Shown: one piece after another, positions 52,147 through 64,000 of the stretch
Numbering within the stretch: the first letter of the stretch is position 1
Layout: every line of letters starts with the position of its first letter
Source: Epiperipatus broadwayi
Lineage: Eukaryota > Animalia > Onychophora
Direction: 5' to 3'
NCBI GenBank assembly: GCA_028023455.1
Contig: JAQFVV010000001.1
Location: 5,890,001 to 5,954,000, forward strand
DNA length: 64,000 nucleotides
Translations under genes and position numbers: made by a program
Notes under the pieces: model-generated
Told to the model about the DNA's origin: nothing
Databases searched by the model: none
Seen by the model: only the letters and a program-made list of their open reading frames with translations

Positions 52147-54838
52147 CAGTGATATTCAAACATTTTAGCAGTTACGACCCCGCATAGGACATCGAAGTGA
52201 CATGCCGACCCAAAATTAAAAAAATCAATAATCTAATTCTAATTGCTCAAAAACTAGGACTGGGTAATATTTAAAAATTAGAAAGATGTTAATTTATTTT
52301 TTATTTCAGACAAAATAAACATAAGTGTCAATATAAGTACAATAAACTGAAAATCAACTCTGTAGTTACCAAAATATTAGGTTGAAAAATCGACTAGTAT
52401 TAATCATTTATAACTATTTAAATTAAAATATGGCGTATAACACGTATGAGCTTAAAAAAATTCAGTTTAAAAAAACTACAAAAGGAAAATATTTAATGAG
52501 ATCTATGAGCCTGTTGCTTGTTTACAAGTAGCGATATTTCTGGCTCTATTTTGCTCAATTTGAGTCTTAAAGGTGGCTCTATTGATAATTTGTTTCGGTA
52601 TTTAAATTTTAGATAGAGAAATTGTGAAAATCCCATCTCACACATATAAGATGAGGCAAATGGTAATAATACCTCTAGAGCTGCATAAGACAGTTCTGTA
52701 TATTCATTTCGAACTTTAAGCCAAAAATTACTCAATTCAAGCTCTTTGAAAACAAATTTTAATTCTCCATCAGTTGATAACTCAGTTAGTTTTTCACTTA
52801 AATGAAATGATATATTTTTGGGTAATACACCACTGAAAAGGATTTTGAATCCATTCAGAGTCAGAACAATCTTCCGGAAAATAAGTATTAAATTGATATT
52901 TAAGATCTGTCAAGTGAGTTGTTATATCTTTAATAACTGATTGAATAACTTTTAGTTTGTTTTCTATGACAAAACTTTCTAAAGTAGGAAATGCTGCAAA
53001 ATTTATCTCCTTGCAGTACAAGCACCACAAATCTATTTTCTTTGTAAAGCCTTTGATTTTATCATTTGCCATAAATATATTTAATTGTTCACCTTGAAAA
53101 CTTAAATTCAACTCGTTCGATTTGAGAAAAATCTCACTTAAGTAAGCTAATCTACATAGCCATTCTTCATCAGTTAAAAAGTGTATAAATTTTTTTTTAA
53201 TCTTTATTATTGTCATTTAAAAACACTAACACCTCATCTTTAAGTTCAAAGAGTCTCGTTAGGAACCTACCCCTTGAAAGCCAATGCACTTTTGTATTTA
53301 AAAGAAGCTTCTGATGTTCATTGTCCATTTCTCTGCATATATAAGAAAAAATTCTTGAGTTCAGAGGATGCACCTTTATAACATTTATTATTTTAACTCC
53401 AGTATCTAAGATAAACTTTAAGTTCAGTGACATGTTTCTTGATACAGACGCTTCTCTATGAATCATGCAGTGAATCCATGTTACATTAGGTGAGACTTCT
53501 TTGATTCGGAATAGAAGTCCACTGTGTTTTCCAACCATGGCATGGGCTCTATCACTACACCCCCACACAACTTTCCAAAGAAATATTGTTTCCCATGATG
53601 TAAGAATTTACCACTTTAAATATTTCTTCTCCTGTATTCCTTTGTAGTTCCTTGCAAAAAGAAAGGTTTCTTCAACTTCATTTTTGTATTTATATTTTGC
53701 AAAACAAATTAATTGTGCAGCGTTTTGGCAATCGGTGGATTCATCCCACTGAAGACTGAAAAATTTACTTTTTTGAATTCTGATTATATATTCGCTTTCC
53801 ACATCTGCCATTTCAACTATTCCATGACCAATTGTTGTATCAGAGAGTGGTATTTGATATATCTGTTCCTTTTCCTTCTTGTCAAACATATTGCCTTGAG
53901 CTTCTGGAATAATTAACTCTTCAGCAATTGTGTACGGCTTGCCAGATTTAGCTATACATAGCTTACTTGGTAAGAAGCCTCCAATGCTTTTTTGTTAATA
54001 TCGATAAAAGCACACAAAGTTTTGCTTACATGTCAAATACCCTATTTTTTTCTGAAAAAAAATCAATGATTTTATCTTTGGATTCTGGGTGTTTGTGTGT
54101 AGGTGCCTCTGCAGTTTATTTGGTTTCAGTGACTTGTTTGATAATATTGCCAGGCACATAAGACATCTAGCCCTTGGTTTATCATCTTCAGTGCATACAA
54201 AACTATATTTTATAAACTGATTGCCAAACTTATGGACTCGTTTGATTGCTTTTACTTTTTTATGTCTCGACTCTATAGAAGCAGAAGCATCCAAACATAT
54301 TTGGTCGGTGTCAGAAGTTAAAACAGCCAAAGTCGGAGCACTTTTCTCATCATTTGTTTCTTCCTTGTCTGTTTTTTGAATTATCCTATTAGTTTTTAGC
54401 TACTTATCCATGAAGGTTCATAAAATTTATAACTTTAAAAGCAGTCCGTTTATCACAAATACTAAATTGAAAATTTTTTTTTACACTAAAATAATAATTA
54501 AACTCACAAACGTGCCATGATGACTATGTAAATAGAATATGCGCTGTCATCACTTGTTTGCCAAGTCATGTGATTTGCCAAAAGCGATGTTACACGACCT
54601 CGTCCGAGACATATCCTAATCTCTATCTCTTTGAAATGGTCATTTTTAAAATAGAGTAATCTTCTATTTTAATAAAATTTCACATTTTAAAAATTAATAT
54701 TTTTTCTCAATTTTTTTTGTCAATGATGTATTTGTAATCAATTAAATTTATTTACAATTTTTTCATCCATTGTTGCGACCCCAAAATAATTTTTTGCAAC
54801 CCCGTTTGGGGTCGCGACCTATAAATTGAATACCACTG
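52147..54838 (-). mobile_element. hAT / Buster (Charlie/ZBED5-like) DNA transposon, complete ends, pseudogenised transposase (~52493-54330)
   Basis: TIRs CAGTGATATTCAA / TTGAATACCACTG; 8-bp TSD ACTTAAAC / ACTTAAAT with central TA. CLMCLAILSNKSLKPNKLQRHL (BED-like), FSLQWDESTD, CSDRAHAMVG, HCMIHREA, WLSRG, LPFASSYMCEMGFS. Confidence 0.95.
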
Positions 54839-57800
54839 ACTTAAATCATTTTAATATTTGGTGACCTTACGTCTTGTTTAAAATAAAATTTCAACCAATA
54901 ATTAAATAATAAGTTAAAACAAAAATATTTACTTAATAATATAAAAGAAAATTTATTGTATTTGAAATTTTTCTTTCTCCTCCCCCTGAAAGTTTTATAT
55001 ATTTTTTTAGACAATTATGTCTAATAAAGATAGAAATACAGAAAGAAAGCAATATATCTATCTACATTTGCAAATAAAATCATATTTTTAAATATATGTT
55101 TTTTTATCATATTAAAAGAATCCCTTAAACCCTCCCCCTCGCATGAAAACATTGCACCAGGCCCCACTTTTTCTCAGGCCAGCTCTGAATACATTAATAA
55201 ATCAAAATATTTCATTAGTACAAAGGTTTTTGCAGTAGATAAAATTATATATATAAGAGATTAAAACATTGTAATATATATGTAAAAGTGAAAAATCGAG
55301 CTCTAATATTATTCTTTAAAATAAAAATGAAAAAAAAAAAGGAATTAAATTTGTCATCCCTCTCGATGATTTTTATTTATATATATAAAAAAGTTTTATT
55401 TCTTTCAAGATTATACTTTATTTTATAGGCTTGACCTATTGCTTAATATATATATTATTTGTAGCACTCTTCTCTAATTTTCTGAAATAGAAATTGATGT
55501 TGCATTTACTAATAAAGGTACTAATTAATTGATAATTATGTTTGTGTTATAATAGTATATTCTTCGTTGATTAGCAGTACTTACTGCTATGTATGCTTTA
55601 AAAGTTAAACTCTTTTATCAATCAATTTTCCACTATTTTCACTCTTTTTTCTTAGTAGATATATAGCGGCAATGTGTTATAGTCAACTATTTTGTTTACT
55701 TAAAAATAACATGCGATTCCGATTATCCAGAAGAGTATAAACAATATATTATTAACAAATGCAAACCAAAAGACAAAACCATTACAGTCAATTATAGCTT
55801 GATAAACAATAATATTATGCACAACTGGAAAAATCCAATAGGAACCTAAAAAAAAAAAAAGAAAAGATATTAGCATAGTTAAATTTATAGTTTAATTCAA
55901 TCATACAAAACTTAATAAGTGAAAATTAAAACCTTTCCTTGAAAACATATTATAATTTATTAATATGCATAACAAATGGCACATAATAATGATAATGTTT
56001 GATTATACTAATGTGTGAGTTTGAGCATATTATTTGGAACAATATACATATTGAAAATGAAATAGCAAATAATGTTATATAAACCTAGAGGAAACTTATC
56101 TCATAGTCAAATTCTAGTTTTTTCAGTAATACAAAATAATAATAATAATTTGAAACATTATTTAAAATTTTTTTTCACTAAATAGATGATTCTTTTAAAA
56201 GGAAATAATTATTTGACAAGGGCAGTGATTTTTGTAGAATAGTTTATGCCTAGCTTATAAAAAAAATATTTAATTAAAAGTTATTTAAAATATTTAAATC
56301 AGACTCTATTTCTTATAAGATTTTATTGTTTGAAAAGCTTCATAAGGGGTGAATGCTTCATTTTATTGGCAGGCGAAGCAGCCATATTGAATATTTTAAA
56401 AATTACATTAAACTACAAATTTTATCATAACTTAAGTTTGTATTATTCAAAAATGACATAATATATATTGTTTGAAACATAAAACATTAAAGAATGTAAT
56501 TAAGGGAAAAATATAGTTATTGACGTTCAAAGTAATAAAAAAAATAAAAGTGAATATTTCTAATAATTATTTTCATATTATTTCATAAATTCAAAATTAT
56601 TATGCATACAACTTAAAATTATATTTTTGTTAGTAGGTTAATTGGATTCATCATAAAATTTCTAAAACATTGGTATATAATAACACTTATCTAAGATAAT
56701 CCATCACTTGAAAACTTTACCTTTCATTTTTCCTAGTAGCTCTTCAAAATATATTTCAATACAAGGGTTTGCAATGAATATATCATCCCTAATAACATCC
56801 CTTATAACAAGTAGTTAATATTGATCAATAATTAGTATAATTTGAATATTATAATAAAGAACTTCAATAATGTTTGTAATTTATTAAAAAAATACTACTA
56901 AAATAATCACTATATACAAAATAAAATAAGTGAATGAAATCCTAAATTTATTACAGAGTTAAGCTTGAGGTACATAAGTTAGTAGTTTAGAGTCAGTACA
57001 ATGCAGTAATGTTTATTCTATCTTTGTAGGTTTTGAGGGCTCAAATTGCTTCATGCTACTATGACCATAAATTTAGTAGTAGCTTCGTAAATTGCCACCT
57101 CTTTTTGCATTTGATATGCAGCTTTGAAATTTACATTGCAGTAGTCTATAATTGCCCTAAGCTTATATACTGTCAAAATCTTTACTTTTAGCATTTGCAT
57201 ATTTTTATTATATTAAAATGCAATAAGGCATTATAGAAAAATCTAAATTGGGTCATAATATTTGCAAAATATGTTTGTCTTTGTCTTATATCATCTAATT
57301 CAAATACTAGACCCAATCCACATCATATCAAAAAATGTAGATAGTTCACAATATAAATTTACATAATCACAAGCTATTTTTTTTGATCAGCATATATGTT
57401 AGTTTCAACAATAATAATTTCTTTGTATATTTTTTTATCAAATATCAATTCAAATAATAATTAAAAAATACATTAAAATAATAATTAAAAATATATAAAA
57501 TTAATACTTACTATCAGCTCTTAATAATGTTCATTGTAATAAGGACATTAGTAAATATTCATATTTTTTCCGATGTATTTTCAGGGAAAATTCTGTTCTG
57601 TTAAGAATTAAAAATCTGAGAGAAAGACAAAAAAATTCAACTTACTTGATCACAAATATCATAAAATTTTTTAATTTTTATCATAGAAAAATAAAACTTA
57701 CCTTTTCTGAAACTAGAAAGAAAGATAGAAATGAAGGTCTAAAAAGAGCATCTGTAGACTGTAGATTTCCATTAATATTAAGCTCAAACCAGGTGTTTAT

Positions 57801-57914
57801 AATTTGACAATTCATGGATGTTTTGGGTGCTTGCAAAAGCCAATACGTTAAGTAAACTTAATAGTAAGAAAATCAAGTCATACATCATGTGACTTAACTT
57901 ATTAAGCTTGTATT

Positions 57915-58355
57915 ACAAATCTAATATAATGAGCCTCCTCATAGCTCTAAATAAGCTTTTCTGGTAAATGCCACAAGAGAAAGCATTTAAAATCTCTATC
58001 TAAAATTATTCCTATCCCCAAAACCGTTTTGAGCTAATGGCATTGAGCCTCCTCATAGCTCTAAATAAGCTTTTCTGGTAAATGCCATAAGAGAAAGCAT
58101 TTAAAATCTCTATCTAAAATTATTACTATCCCCAAATCCATTTTGAGCTAATGGCTCTCCTCAGTGAGGCACTAGGATATTTAAATATTAGATTTAAAAT
58201 AGTAACATAATTTCAGCATTTATGCTGGGCTTAAGTTAGTATTTGAGATCTAGTGTCTGAATATCCTAGCACCATTATAGATAGATATTTTAAATGCTTT
58301 CTCTTGTGGCATTTATCAGAAAAGCTTATTTAGATTTATTAGCATGCTCATTATA
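57915..58355. repeat. Fold-back repeat centred ~58220 with a 114-bp tandem duplication in the left arm and an HHR relic (~58125-58170, - strand)
   Basis: GAGCCTCCTCATAGCTCTAAATAAGC at 57931 and 58045, inverted at ~58270-58355. Reverse complement CCTCA-CTGAGGA-GAGC-catta-GCTC-AAAA-tggatt-TGGGG. Confidence 0.75.
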
Positions 58356-60436
58356 TTAGATTAAGCAAACTTGTAAAAGTACTTCAAAATTAATATGAAA
58401 CTTATAATAACTATGTTTGCTAAAAGATTACAATGCTTAAAAAACTTTAGATTCAAACAAATTATCATCCACAACAAAATCTATTGATACACCAATCCAA
58501 AATCTAATGTGCTTAAATCTAAAACTTCAAAAGACATCAAACTCTCAAATTTTGCTTTTATTTTAAATCATTTTCTACTTATTCACCTCTTTTTAAATAG
58601 TTTTTGCCTAAATAATCAAGCTAAATCCAAAACATTATGAAAAAAGTAAAATCATTTAGAAGCATGTTGAATATTTTTAGCTTAAATTACATAAAAATGT
58701 ACTTTATACTGAAGCTGTGCTTATATATACAATGATATATATGCTGGCTTTACCATTCACTGTGGACTAACTAAGACCCTAAGTCCAACCACAGTGAATG
58801 TATGTTTTTTTTTCAAACTTAAAGAATGACCTGCATCTACAGTTATATATTATTTTAAGGGAAATTATTTTAAGAGGGGGAAAAGTTAATGAAATAAAAA
58901 AAAAAAATAAGAGAATTTTTCTTTAATTTTAAAATATGATGGCAGAAAGAGATAAAATAAAATTTCGTAATTAAACCTATTTTAGGAAAGATTTTAATTA
59001 AAAGAAAATAGATAACAGAAGAAAATTTGAAACAATAGGCTACTAATAAGTAGTTTAATTAAAAACACAATTGGAGAAAAGTAGTATAAATAAAACAACT
59101 TTTCTTTTGTTCTTCAATCTGAAAAACCTGCTGAAGCTCTTGCTAAGGACTCTTATATTAAGAATTTCTAGAATCGGCTGAAAATTATTCTTTTTAAAAA
59201 AAATTCATTTTTTTTAATTCCTGCTTGCTGCCTTTTCATTGTTGCTGTAGATTATTTGCTCTACATGTATTCAAATCCAGAACTTTGTTACTCTACAGAA
59301 ATGCTGAGGTAGTTTTCTTTGCCTTCACTCTCCCATCTCTGGGACTGGAGTTGTAAAGATGTGAGCCAGCTGAAAAACCAAGAAAAATGCCTACCCTGTC
59401 TAATTAATTCTTTCTATGGAAATATGAATAAAAAAAAGGAACTGCCATCCAACATCAATGGAACCCATCTTGACACATGCGTTCTAGTTACCGGTAACTA
59501 TCCTCGTATTTGAAAGGTGTCATCTTTCCTCCAAGTAAATCTAGATATATGTTTTTTTTTTATTTAAACATTTTGTAAATTATTTTTTTTTTTTTAAAAA
59601 AAAATTGTAATTGGCTTAGTATGTATAATGGCGATGAATCTTCTTAAGTTAGATGAAAATGCCTCACTAAACTTAGTCACCATTATACACTTATAATTAA
59701 GCATTTCATTTTATGTATATGTTTTAAAGACAAAAAAAAGCGCAAATTCTCTCCCCCCCCTTTTGATTAATAATGCAGTGTTACCCATTAAGTTCTAGTT
59801 AGTTGGTATAGGACTTGAGATTTAATGATTAAAGATTTGATTTAGTTTTCTTTTGTTAAAAACAAAGAGAGAGAGAGGGCCTTATCTATATTTCTTTGCC
59901 ATATATATTTCTCCTTAATTCAATTCAAAAAAGGTTACAAACATATATGTGTATTTTTTAAGAATGTAAAATAACAAAACTTTCGTTTTTCATCTAGCTG
60001 TAAAAGAGAGAGTACAGTCGCTCGTATTTATCGATATTAAAAATTATAGAAAAGGATTTGTATTAACTCTATGATGGGCTGGCTGAACATTAACTAATTT
60101 TTCTAACATGTCCGCCCCTTTTGCCTAAATGATTTAATTGTATTAGAAGTATTTTTTCCTTGAGGTGCTTATAACACCTTGAAATACAAAACCCTAATTG
60201 ATCTGATTTTCTATACTCTAAGGAATTTTTTTTAGTTAGACTTTCATAATGTTTACCAACTAAGGTTTTTCTTTTAAATTTAAAGGTCGTTGGACCATAT
60301 TTATATTATATTGCATACTGGGTGATCTGTGGGTATATCTCTGCACATTTCAGGGCTTTCCTCACCAAGTCTACATAAGCTAATATACCCACCTCAAGAT
60401 CGCAATGAAGATTAATAAAAAATTGGATCTCATCTC

Positions 60437-60440
<4 letters not shown>

Positions 60441-60501
<61 letters not shown>
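60441..60501. repeat. (AT)n microsatellite
   Basis: Direct reading. Confidence 0.95.
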
Positions 60502-60504
<3 letters not shown>

Positions 60505-60559
60505 CTGGACATAAGCAACAAAACTCCATGCCTGAATTCAGATCACATGGTTAGGTGAA

Positions 60560-61150
60560 TGAATTCCATTTTCTCTAACTCAGTTTAGAGATGGAGAGCT
60601 ATCCAGTCTCGTGTTAGCCTCTTGGTGACCATTTGTGTCTCGGGACTCATCATTTGCCACAATATTCTGTCATCTTAGTCTGCAATATTTTATATTTTAT
60701 ATTTATTTCAAAAACTTTCTCTGCAGAATATTATTGAAGCGTCTAAATCAAGACTGAAAATATCTGTAGGGAGGATCACTATTAAATTTTTTGTTAGTAG
60801 CAGAGGACAGTATTTTTCAATGCTTTCCTAAGAATATGTTGGTTAGTTTGGCTGGCTATCCGAATCATGTACTCTCACCATAGTGTTAATTATGTCTGTC
60901 TCTCTTTTAATCACGTAACCTGTCCAATGGCTAGAAATGTTCCCAACTTATTAATGTGAAGTCATTTTTTTAAAGGGTCTTTCTTTCATATCTGGATATA
61001 GTTGCAGGGAAATAGCCTGCAGCTCAATTAATCAATTCATTGAACTCTGCAATGTAAAATAATAAAGTTTTTCTTTTGTCTTTCATTCAGTATTATTAAA
61101 ACTCTGTAGCATTGTTTTCTTCAGTAAACCTGATCATTATATACAGTTCA
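60560..61150 (-). mobile_element. Possible decayed RTE/RTEX-like LINE 3' fragment
   Basis: HWTGYVIKRETDI resembles the 'W.GHV.R' motif of the LINE RT C-terminus; otherwise heavily decayed. Confidence 0.35.
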
Positions 61151-61501
61151 AATTTTTCCTTAGAGTCTTATCTCTCCTTGAACACAGGGAATACATTAAA
61201 AATCAATTCTAATGAGGTTTGAGGAGTAAGTCAGTCACTTAGTAGCAATCTGGAGGAGTAGGTGAGGTTCGAACCCCTTCTACCTACACCTCTAGGTTAG
61301 ATTAAAGCAGCTATACTTTTTATACCATTCCAATACATAATGACAAACAATTAAACTGATCCATTTATAAAATATTAATGAGATTTTTACCAGAGATGGA
61401 TGTATAAATAAGATTTAATCCTTTATTTTTTCTCAGAATGTCCACTCATAACAATAAATTCTTTATCCCCTCCCTTGTTTTACTAAAAAAGATTATATGA
61501 G

Positions 61502-61867
61502 ATATTTATTTTATATAGTGCTATGTTTTAATAAACTGTAATAGTAATAATCAGCCATTTAGTCAATGCACATGTGCTTTGTGGATTTTTAACTATAAAT
61601 GAGTACTCTCACTTCCAAACCCAAGATAAAGTCCTTGTGAAAAGATAGAATGAATCCATCTATTCTTTTGACCCAAGATGTTAAGTGATCAAGATTTCCC
61701 CATACATAAATGTTTGGTTCAAAAGAATAGATGGATCAATGTTTGGGTCAAAAGAATAGATGGATTTATTCTATCTTTTCACAAAGACTTTATCTTGTGT
61801 TTGGAAGTGAGAGTATTCATTTATAGTTAAAAATCCACAAAGCACATGTGCATTAGCTTAATGGCTA
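61502..61867. repeat. Palindromic copy of the 16.4-17.2-kb repeat family
   Basis: AATGCACATGTGCTTTGTGGATTTTTAACTATAAATGA mirrors TCATTTATAGTTAAAAATCCACAAAGCACATGTGCATT; same sequence as the 337-bp unit. Confidence 0.85.
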
Positions 61868-62789
61868 AAAAAGTTTATATTGATTTAATTTTTTGATATT
61901 TCTTGTAGTGCAAAGAACATTAACACAATAAACTAGAAATATATCAAAATTTTATTCTACCAACACAGTTTAATAGTTTTAGTTGAAATGTAAATGGTCA
62001 ATACAGAATATTACTCATACATTACTAATATATAAACTTTGTGAAAGCTTAACAAATGCATTGCCATGTATTCTTTTGTTTTGCAATTCAAACCTTTCTC
62101 TTTATACTTTAGTTTTAAATTCACCATAAACATTTTTTTGAGAAGATGTATATTGATTGAATTAAGTCTGTGTTATTAAACTAGTTTAGTTTTTTAGATA
62201 TAAAGTTATATTACTTTTAACGTTAAAAATTACTCTTCATTTTTATACTTCTTAACAATTAAATTCATAACTGAAATAATGTACATTATATTGGCTCAAA
62301 AATCTTTCTTCAAAAATCGTTCAGTGTTATAAGTAATATTTAATAATAAAAGCACAAACTTTGGACATTAAACATTTTATCATTTAATTATCTAAAGTAA
62401 ATTATAAACTTAAGTCAGCTTCAGTAGATGATTGAATGATTTTCTTAAATTATAATTAATCTCAATGATACCTATGTCTATTCATTTCATTTTAAGATCA
62501 GGTTCTTTATTTTTTTACTGCATTTTAAATGTAAATTTTGTAGGGTTTAATGCTTCACATTTGATTGAATTCCTTTATGGATTAGCATGCACATGATAAT
62601 ATTTGCTGATTTTTTTTAAAAACAAAGAATCTTTATTCAATGCTAAATTTTACAGTGAAATAACATTGTGGTTGATATAAATCTATATTTACAATGTCAA
62701 ACCCAAAAAATAATTATCCTTGATAGCCAATACGCATTGTCTGGAGTCATATAGTGAACAAATATGTTCTCAAGAAAAATTCAGATCAA

Positions 62790-64000
62790 ATCCATTCCAA
62801 TAGGAAAGGCAATTAAGCTCCATATTGCTGCATGAATATCCGGTGATGTCTGTGTTCTATCTCTATGCTGAGCATATTTTGGAATAAGTTCATGGTGTTC
62901 TTTGTTATTGGATTAAACATGATCTTACATATGATAGATCATAAAATATACAACAGAAATATTAACATCCTGATAGAGAGAAAATATCCACTTTTAATAC
63001 AATCCGATGAGAGAAGCGAAGATTTTGATTGCTTTGTATTGGGTAGTGCTTCAATTCTATGTACATTGAGCACCTGATATTGGAACAGAACATGAGGAGT
63101 GGTTTCTTCTTCCCTCAGACAAAGTTAGCATATGGGATTAATTTTTGTAATCCCTCTTTTAAATGACAGAAAAAATTGGTTGGCAAAGCTTCCAAAACAA
63201 AAGTCTAAATATTTGGGCTCTAAGATCCGTAGTTTAAATTTCCTTATTATTACTTTATTTGTCACATCCAAGAGGATTGACTCTGGGTGGGAAGAAATAT
63301 GTACAAGGTTATAGGCATGCCAGTATGTTATTTTCCCATTGAAAGTGTTGCCCAAGATTGAAATATGCTTCTCAAGCTGGTCAACCAGAGAAGTTATCCA
63401 GGTTAGCCCTTTAGGCAGTGGACAATCAGTAAGTATTATCTTAGAAAGGAAGTCTGCTTTAGGGTAATTGTATAGTATTCTATGCATTGTATTGAATGAT
63501 TTCTGAAATAACATCATGATGGAAGGTAAGAAAAGACTATTAAAATTGGATGGTCTTTGAAGTTTGTTTAGACTAATCACTGCAATTTTCTTACCTCAAA
63601 TAAGTTTGACACATAATGCATTGATTTTTCTTATAAAAGATTGGGTGAAATTAGAAGCAGGCAGGAAGTAGTTTAACCTTGGATAAATTAGCATATTTAT
63701 TAAAGATACTTTTGCATGGATCAATAGGTATACTTGAGAAAAGGCATCTGTGATCTTGCTTGTAGCAAGGATGATGTATTCTTGAATGTATCTTCTCATC
63801 ACAGTGGTGATAGGTATATTGGAAAGCTCAAGAATTTTGGGGCTTTGCTGAAAATTGAGATATAACCTTTAAGTCTGAGGATAGTCTCCATGCTGATGAT
63901 TTTTCATTATTAAAATAAAGCCCAGATTGGTTTATGAAGTTTTGAAGGATGGTTACTAATTTGGGGATGAATTTACTGGATGGCAGAAAGATGACAATAT
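62790..64000 (-). mobile_element. L1/Tx1-like LINE RT C-terminal region, running off the window end
   Basis: IVIFLPSSKFIPKLVTILQNFINQSGLYFN (post-YADD), AKVSLINMLIYPRLNYFLPA, IIRKFKLRILEPKYLD; aligns with 30.1-31.5 kb. Confidence 0.75.

Noticed and set aside
57500-57860. Candidate spliced exons: - strand YLTYWLLQAPKTSMNCQIINTWFELNING...EK|gtaag with a strong downstream acceptor; an open + strand frame overlaps it
   Set aside because: The next putative exon has stops in all frames, both strands are open, and no family was recognised. Cannot be supported without RNA data.
58754-58800. 47-nt hairpin CATTCACTGTGG...CCACAGTGAATG
   Set aside because: Too short to assign; likely a repeat remnant.

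Overview
This is a very AT-rich eukaryotic (animal-like) window made almost entirely of decayed repeats; no host protein-coding gene could be confidently assigned. The recognisable transposable elements are several RTE LINE fragments, two L1/Tx1-like RT fragments and a decayed Ty3/gypsy element with PPT and 3' LTR. There is also a complete-length but pseudogenised hAT/Buster element (TIRs, 8-bp TSD), two internally deleted Merlin elements head-to-head (TIRs, 8-bp TSDs), a TA-flanked MITE, a tRNA-Gly(TCC) pseudogene and long microsatellites. The most interesting signal is invisible in the ORF track: hammerhead-ribozyme (HHR) bearing retroelements. One textbook-intact type I HHR (7891-7949) sits in a 536-bp non-coding insertion with a 13-bp TSD whose parts reconstruct a circularly permuted ~360-nt monomer. 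A related ~490-500-nt non-coding monomer family with the same HHR occurs at about 4.8, 20.7, 21.5-22.9 and 38.1-38.7 kb as inverted, tandem or permuted copies; one copy starts at the predicted cleavage site. Two Penelope-like GIY-YIG remnants (a 1.16-kb palindrome at 3444-4603 and a fragment at ~36 kb) and further fold-back repeats carry decayed HHR-like motifs. Inference: these are retrozyme-like non-autonomous elements mobilised by Penelope machinery. All coordinates and alignments were read by eye; no searches or folding programs were run.
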